Assembly (NCBI RefSeq): GCF_006345805.1
Contig: NW_021834257.1
Coordinates: 1-50,461, forward strand
DNA from: Octopus sinensis
Taxonomy: Eukaryota
Direction: 5' to 3'
Length of the DNA: 50,461 nucleotides
Shown: one piece after another, positions 37,025-49,539 of the stretch
Position numbering within the stretch: position 1 is the first letter of the stretch
Layout: each line of letters opens with the position of its first letter
Notes under the pieces: generated by a model
What the model saw: the letters and a program-made list of their open reading frames with translations, nothing else
What the model was told of the DNA's origin: nothing
Database searches by the model: none
Program-made: the position numbers and the translations under genes

Positions 37025-37356
37025 TATATATATAAAAGGAAATGAAGAAAATGCTGACAAAATAATTTAAGTAATTTAATTAGGTGAAAGTTCTTTTACC
37101 GGTTGCGCATTTGTTATGCTTATCAAAATATATTTTTTAAAGAGAGATTAGAGTTCCTTTTCTGATAGATTTTTTCCTCTTATCTGATAAGAGGAAAAAA
37201 ATCTATCAGAAAAGGAACTCTAATCTCTCTTTAAAAAATACATTTTGATAAGCATAACAAATGCGCAACCGGTAAAAAGAACTTTCACCTAATTAAATTA
37301 CTTAAATTACTTAAATTATTTTGTCAGCATTTTCTTCATTTCCTTTTTATATATCA
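37025..37356. repeat. Near-perfect 330-bp palindrome (1-nt spacer at 37185)
   Basis: Centre ttcctcttatc-t-gataagaggaa; arms stay complementary for about 160 bp with few indels. Confidence 0.95.
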
Positions 37357-37382
37357 CAACTCGTGTTCCACATCTCCTTTTT

Positions 37383-37464
<82 letters not shown>

Positions 37465-37580
37465 CTACATATACACTTACAAATATGCACACACGCGCTC
37501 ACACGTTCGAGAAAACGTGAAAATGAAGTTTGGGAATTGGCTCCCGAAGCAGATGCTGTAAATAAGAGCAAATTAATATT

Positions 37581-37809
37581 TCTTTACTGCCCATAGAGGC
37601 TAAATATAGAGGGGGCAAAGAAGGACAGACAAAAGGATTAACTCGATTACACTCGCCCCCAGTGCGTACAAGTACTAGTTTAATCGATTACAAAAGGTTG
37701 AAAGGCAAAGTCGATCTCCGCGGAATTTGAACTCAGAACGTAAAGGCAGACGAAATACAACTAAGCCTTTCGCACGGCGAGCTAACGTTTCTGCCAGCTC
37801 ACCGCCCTT
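37581..37809 (-). mobile_element. SINE-A
   Basis: TSD GAGCAAAT(T/A)AATAT at 37567-37580 and 37810-37823. Confidence 0.9.
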
Positions 37810-37998
37810 GAGCAAATAAATATTGGACGGAAAACTCCTTCGAGGTATAAAAAATATCATCTGGTCTCCGTGGGGCCCGCGTCCCACGTTCTCTGTGTTC
37901 TTATTGTCCTGTGAGCAAATAGTCATTTTAACCTTATCCTTATAAGTGTCTAATGTATTTCAGAACAATGTGATTAATCTAAGACTTTATAATGTTAT

Positions 37999-38228
37999 GA
38001 ATACAGGGACCTTACCGACCGTTATCAGGTTTTGCTGGTCACTGTTGAGACGTGAGGCGTTCTAAAATTTTCACCGCATTTCCACGCTACCGATTTCCAC
38101 CACACATTGGGACAACAGTGGCCCGTGGCAGAAATAAACCCCACATGGTACAGCGGCTGCTGCAGAGAGTGTCACTGGCCATTCCCCATGGCAACACCAT
38201 AGCAGTCATTACTGCGTCTCGCATCTGA
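37999..38228 (+). mobile_element. RLE-type (CRE-like) non-LTR retrotransposon C-terminal fragment
   Basis: EYRDLTDRYQVLLVTVET*GV...QRLLQRVSLAIPHGNTIAV resembles the KYxxL...PxAxETxG...LxQRxSxAIQRGN motif series. Confidence 0.55.
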
Positions 38229-38379
38229 GCACAAAAGTTTTTCTGAGGTATGTGGCCCAGGATGGCTACATGTCTTAAAGACAAAATATTATGTAATATT
38301 CTAGAAAATATTTTTACCATGTGCCAATTGCATCACTAATGGTGTTGGGAAAGGATGAATTTCTCGGTATTTTTTAATC

Positions 38380-38999
38380 CAATTTTTTAATTCTAGTTTG
38401 AATATTTAACCCTAATGTATTTCATGATGGCATAGCTAATTCCTGGTCAAATTGTTCCGAATTAAGCTTCATCATATCGTCGATCCATTGTTTAGTTCTA
38501 GCATAAAAATAAATACATGAATAACATGATGCCGTGAATTCTTGTTTAATCGTGGATCAAATATGAAAGAAAACCAGCTTCATAACGTCGTTAATCCATT
38601 GTTTAATTCTGTCTTAAACATACAGCCTAATGTATTTCCTGACGTTATCGATCCATTTTTGATCTTAGTACAAATTTGTAACTAAAAGAATTACATGTCG
38701 TTGATAAATTCTTACTCAAACAGGTCACGCAGTAAGACTTCCTGATCGTCTCAATCCAATTGTTTAATTCTGGTATAAATATATAAGTAAGTCACTTCGT
38801 TACATCATTGGTCATACGTTTTAATTCAAGCTCAGATGTGTGACCCAATAACGTTCATTTTGTTGATATCATTGCTATATTGTTGCTTAAATGAGCAATC
38901 CAATAAAATCTGCGGTTGTGTTGTTACAATTTTTTAACTCTGGATCAAATACCTAGTTCCAAAATGTCATGCTCTTCTTTACTCCGTTGTTTAATTCTA
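38380..38999. repeat. Degenerate tandem array, about 55-60-nt period
   Basis: Recurrent cttcat...gatccattgtttaattct motif in about 11 units. Confidence 0.6.
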
Positions 39000-39573
39000 C
39001 ACAGACATGCAGGAAGTAAATAGACATTTAACTTTCAAAATTTCTGATCTATGTGTGTCTTAATATGTTTTTAGCGGTGTAGAATTTACAATGTAATTAT
39101 TCTTTTTCATTCCAGGTGCCATTGTATTAAACATTTGCAAAGAGTAACCGTGCCACGCACAAAAAAATTCAGCAGAACTGTCAGATTTTCAAAGAGGTCG
39201 TATAGTTGGGCAATATGAAGCTGATCTTAACTAACGAAAAATTGCCGAAAATCTTCAAATTCCTCTTGCTACTATTAATTGAATTATAGTGCAATTTAAA
39301 AGCCAGGGAAAAGAATCAACAGATTCTCGTCCCGGCCAACCTGGGCTCTCGGAAAGGAAGCTTCGCTGTTTGAAGAGAATTGTAGAAAACAAACCCCATT
39401 CGAAGGCTTCTGACATTGCAAAACATTTAGAAGGTAGTCCAAGAACGTGTGTTATATATCTGCATAAGCCTGCGTATTATGGACGAGCAGCTAGAAGAAA
39501 ACTTCTCTTTCACCAATATCAAATAAAAGATTTTGAAAATTAAAGGTGTCTATTTACTTCCTGCATGTCTGTG
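39000..39573 (+). mobile_element. Tc1-family deletion derivative with both TIRs (574 bp)
   Basis: TIRs CACAGACATGCAGGAAGTAAATAGAC with TA TSDs; retains only the N-terminal ELSDFQRGRIVG...YGRAARRK region, with stops. Confidence 0.9.
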
Positions 39574-39879
39574 TAGATCGAATATGTAATCTTCGTTACA
39601 GAAATTACAAGTGCTGCCACTAAAGAAAATAAAGCATAGAAATGAACCTCTATGTGGTCTCTCGAGAAGCTAGAAATATCAATGAAAGCTCTATCATATA
39701 TTCTCCTGACATTTTATTTTTAAAAATTGATAAAGAACGGCCGTATGTGATGACATGTTCTGAGAAATAGTAGCTGAAATAAAGACAGAAAGGTCATTGC
39801 TGGGGTTACTTTCATCACAAATCCCTAACTACACTACACTAACACTACATTAACGCCAGCACAATCAGAGGGAAAAGAT

Positions 39880-41897
39880 CAATATTAATGACAATATTTT
39901 AACTATTCATGTGTACTGCCAAAAGGAGCAATAAGTGGAGTATTTTCATTTACGAAGCATTAGCGATGTGATGATGTGTTGTAATATAGTTTTCCAGTAA
40001 CACCAGTATAGATTGGTTACTAATTACTATGAGTATATTTTTAATAAAACTAATGCATTGCTGTCTGGTTTGCATATTGATCTATGAACCCGCCACTCCG
40101 TGCAAACAAATATTTACTTCTCTTCCTTCGACCAGCTTCAAGTAACGTATTATATTAAGTGTTCTCTCATCAATTAAGCTATGGTAACATTACCTCTTCT
40201 AATTTCGTGACACTGGAAGTTATATGACTGTAAATTAGCGATATTGCTATTACATCGCAGGCAAAAACGGTATACAATATCAGGATGGTGTTTTCTATTT
40301 TAGTTTACTACAATGCTTGAGAAGCAATAGAATGGCTATGTATTGAGAATTCTACTCACACAATACGTGGAATACCATCTTAATCTTCTAAATTCGAGTT
40401 TCCCTTCTGAAATTAATACTGAAAAAGAATGGAACATACACAGCGTATCTATTTCTATATAATGTCTCGTAATTTATGTATTTCTTTAGCTTTCAGTATT
40501 GAATAGAATTTTTTATTTTTTTCCAATGAGATCTGAGATTGAAACTGAAAGCAATTGCGATACTTACAATATCAATACCGCACGGCCTATTTCCGATTTA
40601 ATTATAATCCATGCGTGTCAGAATCTGTGCAACAGACCGTCACAATTTCATCAGTCGGGTATCTGACTCCAATACAAAGGATGCAACAACTACAAAGATT
40701 ACAAGCGCGACATTGAAAACGACTCTCCATACACCAGATTATAAAACACAGTTTCAATTCCCAGTCAGAATCTTTTACTTACAAGATACAAATGCGCTCG
40801 GAAAGGGAGGAACATAATTTATGATTTCCCCGTTTCCCATTGCCTTTTAATGTCTTTTGTTTCATGTCAAATGTGTAATCCTTATTGCAAAAGTTACAAG
40901 TGTTACTACAAAGAACAACACCACCATCATTACAATCACAGAAAATATCAATACCCAGCGATCATCGTAATAACATGTTTACTATTTATGTCTGTCATGC
41001 TTAGTAAGGAGACTACTTTACGATGAAACGGTGATATGATGGTGTATTGTTATTAATGTTCCTACGCTGCAATTATTGTCCACAATATTGCTGGCTGATG
41101 GAAATCCCATATAATTGTAGCTTTGATGTTCGCAAAGTGTGGATCCTGTAGTGATAGTTATTAACATCTACGTAGTGCATAATCCTTTACCATATCTCTA
41201 GTCGTACATAGTGTCCAATAATAATTTACAGTCATTTTTATAAGTAGCTTTCATTATTTAATTCTCAATGTTATGCCATAAGCGAGATAGGTTTCTGCTA
41301 GCTTCAGAATACTTGCTTTCATTAATGTTGCTGAAACTTTATTTTCCTTATTTATAGATTACTGTATAACGACACAACTTTCACAAGTTTTAATAACAAA
41401 AGTATTTAATGCAAATTCGTGTGTTATATAGTGTTAATAATAATTTATGGCATCGGCCTAAAGAATAAGATTTATTGGTGAGAGAATTTATAATGTCCAT
41501 GCTTTCATTAAAGGATTGCTGTATACGGGAAAATGGTTTGACCTGCAAATCTGGTCAGAGACTGGATTTCCATAGAATATTTAACCAGACGATATTGAAC
41601 ACATTGACTGTGGTGGATAAACGCTTTTTTTAACAGCTTTTGAAATTTGAGCTGTTTTGAAAGGTTTAGTGGTAAATATTTACATTTGGAATACAGACCT
41701 TTCATTTCTGATTTATATGATGAGTTATCAACTTTATGGTAACCCAATACTTATAGTTACACCGTACAAAACACAGCACATGCTTGCTGAAATTGGTTTT
41801 AGCATGTTGGAATTAGCAACTGGTCACCGCTTCACCAGGTTCCCATCGCATTTCGGAGCAATGTAATTCAACACACAAACACACACACACAAACACA

Positions 41898-41939
<42 letters not shown>

Positions 41940-42560
41940 ACACACAAACTCGAACACACATGAGTATCGAGCCACCCGTTTTAATATGTATCCCTTTTGT
42001 AATATCAACAATGAATTATGATAAAGCACAAACCACCAAGATGTTTGCACGCGCAAATACTGCAACTGTACGTGCAAAACTCAGCAACACATATAGGCTG
42101 TCCTCTAGAGCTATATGCTGAGGGAAATCAACCCTGATGCAAAACTTTGAGGAGCACATTTGAGTTGTTATTCTTATACAAATTCAACACGTCACTTCAA
42201 GCAAGATGATTTCCATATTGTTTTTAGGATTTATTACACACTATATTCATCAAGCTTACACAATATAGGCAAAGTCCTATTACCATTCCGTGGGCTGCAT
42301 GTGCGATAATTAGACATAACAACTCAAACCCAGATGGTAAATGGTTGTGATAATTACCCGGTATTTCCGCATCAGCAACAAACCACTATGTTCCAGAGTC
42401 AATTCTTAACACAGCAATTCATGGGAACGCACAACTGTGACCTGCATCCAGAAAAAATACACCCCTATATTTTTAATCGGAGCTAAAGCAGAACATTCCG
42501 TACAGGGCCCTAACCTATGAGAAAAGCAAAGTAATCACACCCAATCACATACGCTAATGT
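39880..42560 (-). pseudogene. Possible decayed single-exon Toll-like receptor (LRR-TM-TIR)
   Basis: Manual translation gives LRR-like pieces (DVLNLYKNN, RNLSRLW), a Cys cluster, TM RWVLIFSVIVMMVVLFFVVTLVTFAIR, and AFVSC/KDSDW about 30 codons later. A second TIR-like stretch (NICLH, KNILIVISNQ, YWCYW, TY..FW) follows. Many stops and frameshifts. Confidence 0.33.
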
Positions 42561-42654
42561 GCCAAATAGGGAACGAAACAAGGATCAGTGAAATTCTAGA
42601 TATGTACACACATCCATGTAAAAATATAAGTATGTATATGATATTGATAAGTAT

Positions 42655-42815
42655 AGGCGCAGGTGTGGCTGGGTGGTAAGTAGTTTCCTTACCAACCACA
42701 TGGTTCCGGGTTCAGTCCCACTGCGTGGCACCTTGGGCAAGTCTTCTACTGTAGCTTCGGGCCGCTAAAGACTTGTGAATGAATTTGGTAGACGGAAACT
42801 GAAAGAAACCCGTCG

Positions 42816-42873
<58 letters not shown>

Positions 42874-43125
42874 TATATATGTATATATATATACATACAT
42901 GCATATGTGTGTATATCTTTATGTATCTTTGTTTGGCCGCCCACCATCGGTTAACAACCAATGCTGGTGTGTTTCCGTCCCCGTAACATAAGCGGTTCGA
43001 CATAAAGGACCGACAGAATAAGTACTAGGTTTACAAAGAATAAGTCCTGGGGGTCGATTTGCTCGACTAAAGGTGCTCCAGCATGGCCGCAGCCAAATGA
43101 CTGAAACAAGTAAAAGAGATAAAAG
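42655..43125 (+). mobile_element. SINE-B, full length
   Basis: Both halves plus internal (TA)n(TG)n. Confidence 0.9.
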
Positions 43126-43299
43126 AGAAAGATTTTTTATATTTCCTGCTTTATAGTTTGTTAGTAATGGATTATAACAGTATAGGAGATTACGAAGATT
43201 TGAATGTTGAACCCTAATCCGTATGCTAATGTGTAGTGCATTATAGCACACCGTAAATTACAAATGTATATACTTGAGTGAGGTTGTGTGTGTTTGTGT

Positions 43300-43375
43300 T
43301 TGAGCTTGTGTGTGCAGTAAATCTATATAAATAGATATGCATGCATGTATATGTGTGTGTGTATGAATGCACGGG

Positions 43376-43439
<64 letters not shown>

Positions 43440-43498
43440 CATGTATTTTTCTGTGTCTGCATGTCTATCTATTTATCTATACGTCGATGTATGTGTGC

Positions 43499-43566
<68 letters not shown>

Positions 43567-43801
43567 CAAACTAAGGTTATATATATATATACATACATAT
43601 TCCTACGCACACACACACGCGCATGTCTATGTAACTTATGTAGATAAGAAAGATTTCCCTACGTGTATACACGCGAGCGCGCACACGCACACACACACAC
43701 GCACAACACAGACACACATGCACACTCACACACACACATACACACACATACACCATACACACACACACATACACACATACACACACATACACACACACAA
43801 C

Positions 43802-43900
<99 letters not shown>

Positions 43901-44307
43901 TCAACAATGCATGTGTGTACATCTCTACTGATTTATGTCAATTTTATCTTCTCATATATATTTTTGGCAGATTGAGGCATGATATTGTTCATTACATACC
44001 GGATGACTGATAAATATGATTAGAAAGATGAAAAGAAGGTATCGAATGCGAAATGTCTACATGACATTCAAATTATTCCACTCTATCATACATACGAGAT
44101 AGAATTTTTGGCACCTCTAACTATATTATTTTACACACACGTTTTGTCAGATGGTTAGAAATTCGATTAAATGTGTAAAAGTTTTGTCTTTATCCCAGTG
44201 AAAGAAGATATCATTAGTTCACGAGCTAAGATATTCTTTAGCATACCGGATAATGTATATATATATATTGTATTATATGTATATATATATAATGTATGTA
44301 TAGTATG

Positions 44308-44338
<31 letters not shown>

Positions 44339-44446
44339 GAATGTATTTATATATATATATATATATAATATATATAATATAATAATATATATGATTATGT
44401 ATATATATATATATATATATTATATTATTATACACACATACATATG

Positions 44447-44483
<37 letters not shown>

Positions 44484-44484
44484 T

Positions 44485-44516
<32 letters not shown>

Positions 44517-44540
44517 TTGTGTGTGTATGTGTGCGTGCGT
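43300..44540. repeat. (CTAT)n, (TA)n, (CA)n and (TG)n microsatellite clusters
   Basis: Tracts at about 43300-43900 and 44250-44540. Confidence 0.93.
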
Positions 44541-44703
44541 AATTATAGGCAAATGCACGTTGGAAAATTGTAGCAGTCTATAATAACAACACTGAATAAT
44601 CACGGACAACGTCTACAGAAATTACGCGCGCGTGCATAACACACTCATATGTATTTATACTTCTCTATATATATATGCATGTGTACGTATATGTATAAAT
44701 ATA

Positions 44704-44971
44704 TGGAGGCGCAATGGCCCAGTAGTTGAGGCAACGGACTCGCGGTCGTAAGATCACGGTTTCGATTCCCAGACCAGGCGTTGTGAGTGTTTATTGAAAA
44801 CACCTAAATCTCCACGAGACTCCGGCAGGGGGTGGTGGCGGTCCCTCCTGTACTCTTTCGCCACAACTTTCTGTCACTTTTTCTTCTGTTGGCCTGCTCA
44901 TTTGAAGGCTAAAACAATGCAAAGCGCATTGTGACCAGCGATGTGATAGTGTTGTCAGTCACGGTGATCAG

Positions 44972-44976
<5 letters not shown>
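44704..44976 (+). mobile_element. SINE-C, third tail type
   Basis: Same head and body as 34352-34742 but ends gaaggctaaaacaatgcaaagcgcattgtgaccagcgatg...cgtga(TA)n. Confidence 0.88.
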
Positions 44977-44994
<18 letters not shown>

Positions 44995-45010
<16 letters not shown>

Positions 45011-45800
45011 AACTGAGAATGTGTGTCTGTCTGTCTGTCTGTCTGTGTGTTTCCCTAAAACTTGAGAACTACACAACCAATTTCATTCAAATTTTACACA
45101 TGCCTTACTTAGGGTCCGGGGAGTGTCATCGGCAAAAACAATTTTTAACTTTTTGCCTAAGGCGAGCCCACAGCAATATCATATCTTCTCCACTACGATT
45201 CCCTAACACTTGAGAACTATACAACCAATTTCATTCAAATTTTACACATGCCTTACTTAGGGTCCATGTAGTTTCATGGGCAAAAAAAATGTTCAACTTC
45301 TTGCTTAGAGCGAGCCCATAGCAATATCATATCTTCTCCACTATTTCAGTATTACGTTTTAAAAGTGAAACAAAAACATTTCTCTATTTTATGTCAGATA
45401 CTTTCACTTTAACAATAAAAATAATAATAACAATTGAATTATATGTAGTAAGTAATAATTAAAATCAAATTAAAGTATAATATAATCGTAACATAACAAA
45501 AGTAAAAATAGCAATTGGTATAAAATTGCATCAATGACTTGAACTTGAATAAGTGGTTTCACATGAATGGGAATAAATTAAAAATAAAATTAGCGTGCAG
45601 AAATAGAATAGTCCTACAATTCCAGTCTGTTATATATTTTCAGCATTGTTATCACTAGCGATATCAAGATATAACTTTGTATTTTGTAATTTATGTGTAG
45701 ATGTATATATAGATGTACATGTAATATGTACACATATATATACACATACATACATGCACTAGCACTATATCCCCGCGGCAAAGACGGGTCATAATGCTAG
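44995..45800 (+). mobile_element. Non-autonomous Helitron with a 148-bp internal tandem duplication
   Basis: 5' ...TATAAAA...(GTCT)n; duplicated ccctaa(a/c)acttgagaact at 45053 and 45201; 3' hairpin plus CTAG|T at 45797-45801. Confidence 0.75.
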
Positions 45801-45803
45801 TAT

Positions 45804-45857
<54 letters not shown>

Positions 45858-45899
45858 AATATTATATATATATATATATCAGATCTGTTAATATCATAT

Positions 45900-46600
45900 C
45901 AGATCTTGGATCTGATATTAACAAAACACTCTAGTTTCATTCACAGCATTTCAGTTGAAGAGATTGTCCTCTCGGACCACGATATGATACTCTGCAACTT
46001 CAATTTCCAGCATATCAAAACCAAACCAGTCAGTCCCGCAACACTGCCCTTATTTGACAACATAGACTTCCACAAAACGGACTGTGAAGCAATCAGAAAT
46101 AATCTGCCCTTTATCGTCTGGTCCTTCACTCTAAGTTTCACTGACATTGAAACCACATGGCAGCGCTTTGAGAACATAGTTACCTATATATGCTCAAAAC
46201 ACGCTTCTACGAAATTCACTAGCACAAAGAGAAAGAGGTTCCCTAGAGTGAAATAAAAAGCACCGCATCAGGAGCATCAAAAATCTTTATTACAAAACCA
46301 ACCAATTAAAATAGTTCCACATACAGCATCAACAGTTAACAACAATGGAAAACCTGAAGTTGGAAAAATTTCATCTCAGATCAACATAAAACCCTGCATT
46401 GAAAATCAAAGAGCTGCAGAGGAACAGTGGGTAATAAAAAAATTAAACAGAACCCGAAAGTGTTCTATTCATATGCAAATAAGCATACGATTGTTGTCTG
46501 ACCCGTTTGGTCCACTGATCGATGATAATGGTAGCTTCCAACATGATGCTAAAGAAATAGCAGAAGTATTGCAACATGATGCAGTACTTCAATGTGATGC
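45900..46600 (+). mobile_element. CR1/L2-group LINE fragment (end of APE plus linker)
   Basis: LDLILT...SDHDMI...FHKTDCEAI...W...WQRFENIV...CSKH; later KIKQNPKVFYSYAN...GPLIDDNG...DAKEIAEVLQ. Confidence 0.8.
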
Positions 46601-46630
46601 TAAAGTTCTGCGGAAGCAATACTGCTCTAT

Positions 46631-46942
46631 TAAGGTGGCGAACTGGCAGAAACGTTAGCAAGCCGGGCAAAATGCATAGCGGTTATGAGGGCGTAAATAC
46701 ACCAGCATCGGTTGTCAAGTGATGTTCGGGGGAACAAACACAGACACACAGACATACACACACACATACATATATATACAACGGGCTTCTTTCAGTTTCC
46801 CTCTACCAAATCCACTCACAAGGCTTTGATCGGCTCGAGGCTGTAGTAGAGCACACTTGCCCAAGTTGCCATGCAGTGGGACTGAACCCGGAATCATGTG
46901 GCTGGTAAGCAAGCTATTTACCACACAGGCACTCTTACACCT
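46631..46942. mobile_element. SINE-A head (+) fused to SINE-B (-)
   Basis: aaggtggcgaactggcagaaacgttagc at 46631-46682 abuts a reverse SINE-B lacking its 3' end. Confidence 0.8.
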
Positions 46943-47375
46943 GTTGTATTTGTTTTTGAACTTTCAAAAACTTTTGGCAAATTTATGTTCTACACAAGGG
47001 AAATTATATGACAATGCAAAAACCTTTCAAAAGATGTTTTGTGTAATTTAAGTGGTATTTATCTGTTATTTTTAGTATATCTGACGACCATGTCATACCG
47101 TCTGTTTTTCACTCTGACTTATTGATGGCTTTCAATATCTCCCCACCGCCACCCCATAAATATATTTACTTGTCTATTGCTAGGATTTAAGTCAGACATT
47201 CGGAATGCCTGTATTTTAAACTAAGTTTTTTAAAATTTGAATAATCAAAACAAAAAAAAATTTATTTCGGAAAATTGAATTTCTGTTTTTGTATAGTCGT
47301 ATGAATTTCCGTTTGTAGAACACAAATTCACAAAAATCTCCTGAAAATTCCGAAAATTAAAAAAAAAAAAATTAT

Positions 47376-47536
47376 GAGGCGCTGGAGTGACTGTGGGATA
47401 AGAAACCTGCTTCACAACTACTTGGTCCCGGGTTCAGTCCCACTGCGTGGTACCTTCAGCAAGTGCCTACCACTATATCTGCGGACCGACCAAGACCTTG
47501 TGGGTGGATTTGGTAGACGGAAACTGAAATAAGCCG

Positions 47537-47591
<55 letters not shown>

Positions 47592-47967
47592 CTGTGTGTC
47601 TGTGTGTATGTTTGTGTGTGTGTGTTAGTGTGTATGTATGTACGTGTGTGTCTGTCTGTCTGTGTTTGTATGTATGCTTGTATGTAAGTATATATATATA
47701 TATATGTGTGTGTGCATGTGTATGTATATATACCTGTGTGTGTTGTGTGTGTGTCTGTCTGTTGTGTCTGTGTCTGTGTTTGTCCCCCCACCATCGCTTG
47801 ACAACAGATCTTGTTGTGCTTACGTCCCCGTAATCTAGCGTTTCGACAAAGCGACCGATAGAATAAGTAGAAGGCTTACAAAGAATAAATCCTGGAGTCG
47901 ATTTGTTTGACTAAAGGCGTTGCTCCAGCATGACCACATTCAAATGCCTGAAACAAGTAAAAGAAAG
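47376..47967 (+). mobile_element. SINE-B, full length with expanded internal microsatellite
   Basis: Both halves; internal (TA)n/(TG)n of about 240 bp. Confidence 0.9.
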
Positions 47968-48374
47968 GTGTCATATGCCGTGTGTAAAGCAGAATTGTTT
48001 TTCGCACTGCATTTATCCGCACTTAAACGTGACTATTCCATTAGTATGACCTTTACTTCGGTGGTTACCATGAGAGAATCCCTGGTATTGGCTTTTTAGT
48101 GCAAAAATGCACTCTTGTTTATATCACTAAAGGGGAGATAATTCCCTGCTAACTCCAGCCTCTCAGTCACTAATATATATCTTTTTTACATGCTAAGTTG
48201 CTAATCGCGACAGCAGCGCCAGTCCTGGCCATTGTCAATTTATATATCGCTGTCAGACTGATGTTCACTGCTTTCTCTCGCGGTCATTTGTTCATCATTT
48301 GCACCACTAAAGAAGGTCGAAATCACGTGATCTGCACCAACATGCCAGTACGAGATTTTTTTCTTCATGGTACA

Positions 48375-48827
48375 TACCTATTGAAAATACATGGAATATT
48401 CTAGGAGAACGTTCGAAAGCCAGACATCCTAAAACAACTGAGCAATTATGGAAGAATGGAATAAGATCACCCAGCAAGAAATTGAAAATTTAATTTCCTC
48501 ATGCAGTCGAAGATGTCAGAGTTTGATTGAAGCTAAAGGGCTTCACACTAAATATTAAATAATTCCAGTATTCTCTCTGTCATTTTTTATTATTTTGTTA
48601 TTTTTTCAACCGTTCTGATCCGTTTGGCCGCCATGGGTTTTGCAGTAAATCACTAAATCATCGATAACTTTTGTATTATCCTCTCAAATTACACCAAAAT
48701 CTGGGACAATAACAATTTATATTGTATTTATTGTCTGCGAGAATTATAGAATATAAAACTACTTAGATAAAAATTTATACTTACTTTTCTGACGAAAATA
48801 ATACCGTTCTGAACATTTTGGCCGCAA

Positions 48828-48830
<3 letters not shown>
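48375..48830 (+). mobile_element. Tc1 (DD34E-type) 3' fragment with right TIR
   Basis: PIENTWNIL...EEWNKITQQEIENLISSCSRRCQSLIEAKGLHTKY*; ends ttggccgcaactg|TA. Confidence 0.85.
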
Positions 48831-48861
<31 letters not shown>

Positions 48862-48863
<2 letters not shown>

Positions 48864-49026
48864 GACGGACTTCTTTTCAGTTTCCGTCTACCAAATCCAC
48901 TCACAAGGCCTTGGTGGCCCGAGGCTATAGTAGAAGACACTTGTCCAAGGTCCACGCAGTGGGAGTGAACCCGGAACCATGTGGTTGGTAAGCAAGCTAT
49001 TTACCACACAGCCACTCCTGCGCCTG
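48862..49026 (-). mobile_element. SINE-B 5' half
   Basis: Head and CORE-like part on the minus strand. Confidence 0.88.
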
Positions 49027-49277
49027 GTACCTCGTGTAAAATATATATGTGTGTGTGTGTGTGTGTGTGCGTGCGTGTGTGTGTGTGTACGTGTGTACGT
49101 GTGTGTGGTGTGTGTGGTGTGTATCCGAGCGGTGTACGAAAAGTTTTTCAGCCTTCATGGTCTTTGAGCCTTGTAGTCTTGTACCTTCATCAGAAGTCTT
49201 GTTCCATGTTTTGCATTTTTGAGGCTCAAGACATTTCATACACCTTTCGTATTTATATTTTCAATCGAACAATTTGA

Positions 49278-49538
49278 CCCCAAACGTGCCGAAGCGCTAG
49301 ATTACGGGGACGTAAACATTCCAACAGCGGTCGTCAAGCGGTGATGGGGAAAAACAGACACAAATACACACACACACACATACACACACCCTACACGCAT
49401 TCACGTCTACCATATCCATTCCCATTGCTTGCTAGGCCTAAGATTATAGGAGATGCCCAAAATACTACACAGTGGGACTGAAACTGGAACCATATGGTTT
49501 GGAAGCATGCTACTTACCACAGAACAACGCCAGCCTGT
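49278..49538 (-). mobile_element. Old SINE-B
   Basis: Degenerate copy with internal (CA)n. Confidence 0.7.
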
Positions 49539-49539
49539 A

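Noticed and set aside
38380-38999. CRISPR array (also considered for the 18-kb and 31.4-kb repeats)
   Set aside because: Eukaryotic context, no conserved repeat with unique equal-length spacers, and no cas genes.
49130-49200. CUGAUGA on the minus strand with distant GAAA; also a mariner-like end
   Set aside because: Stems do not assemble into the hammerhead topology, and no partner TIR was found.
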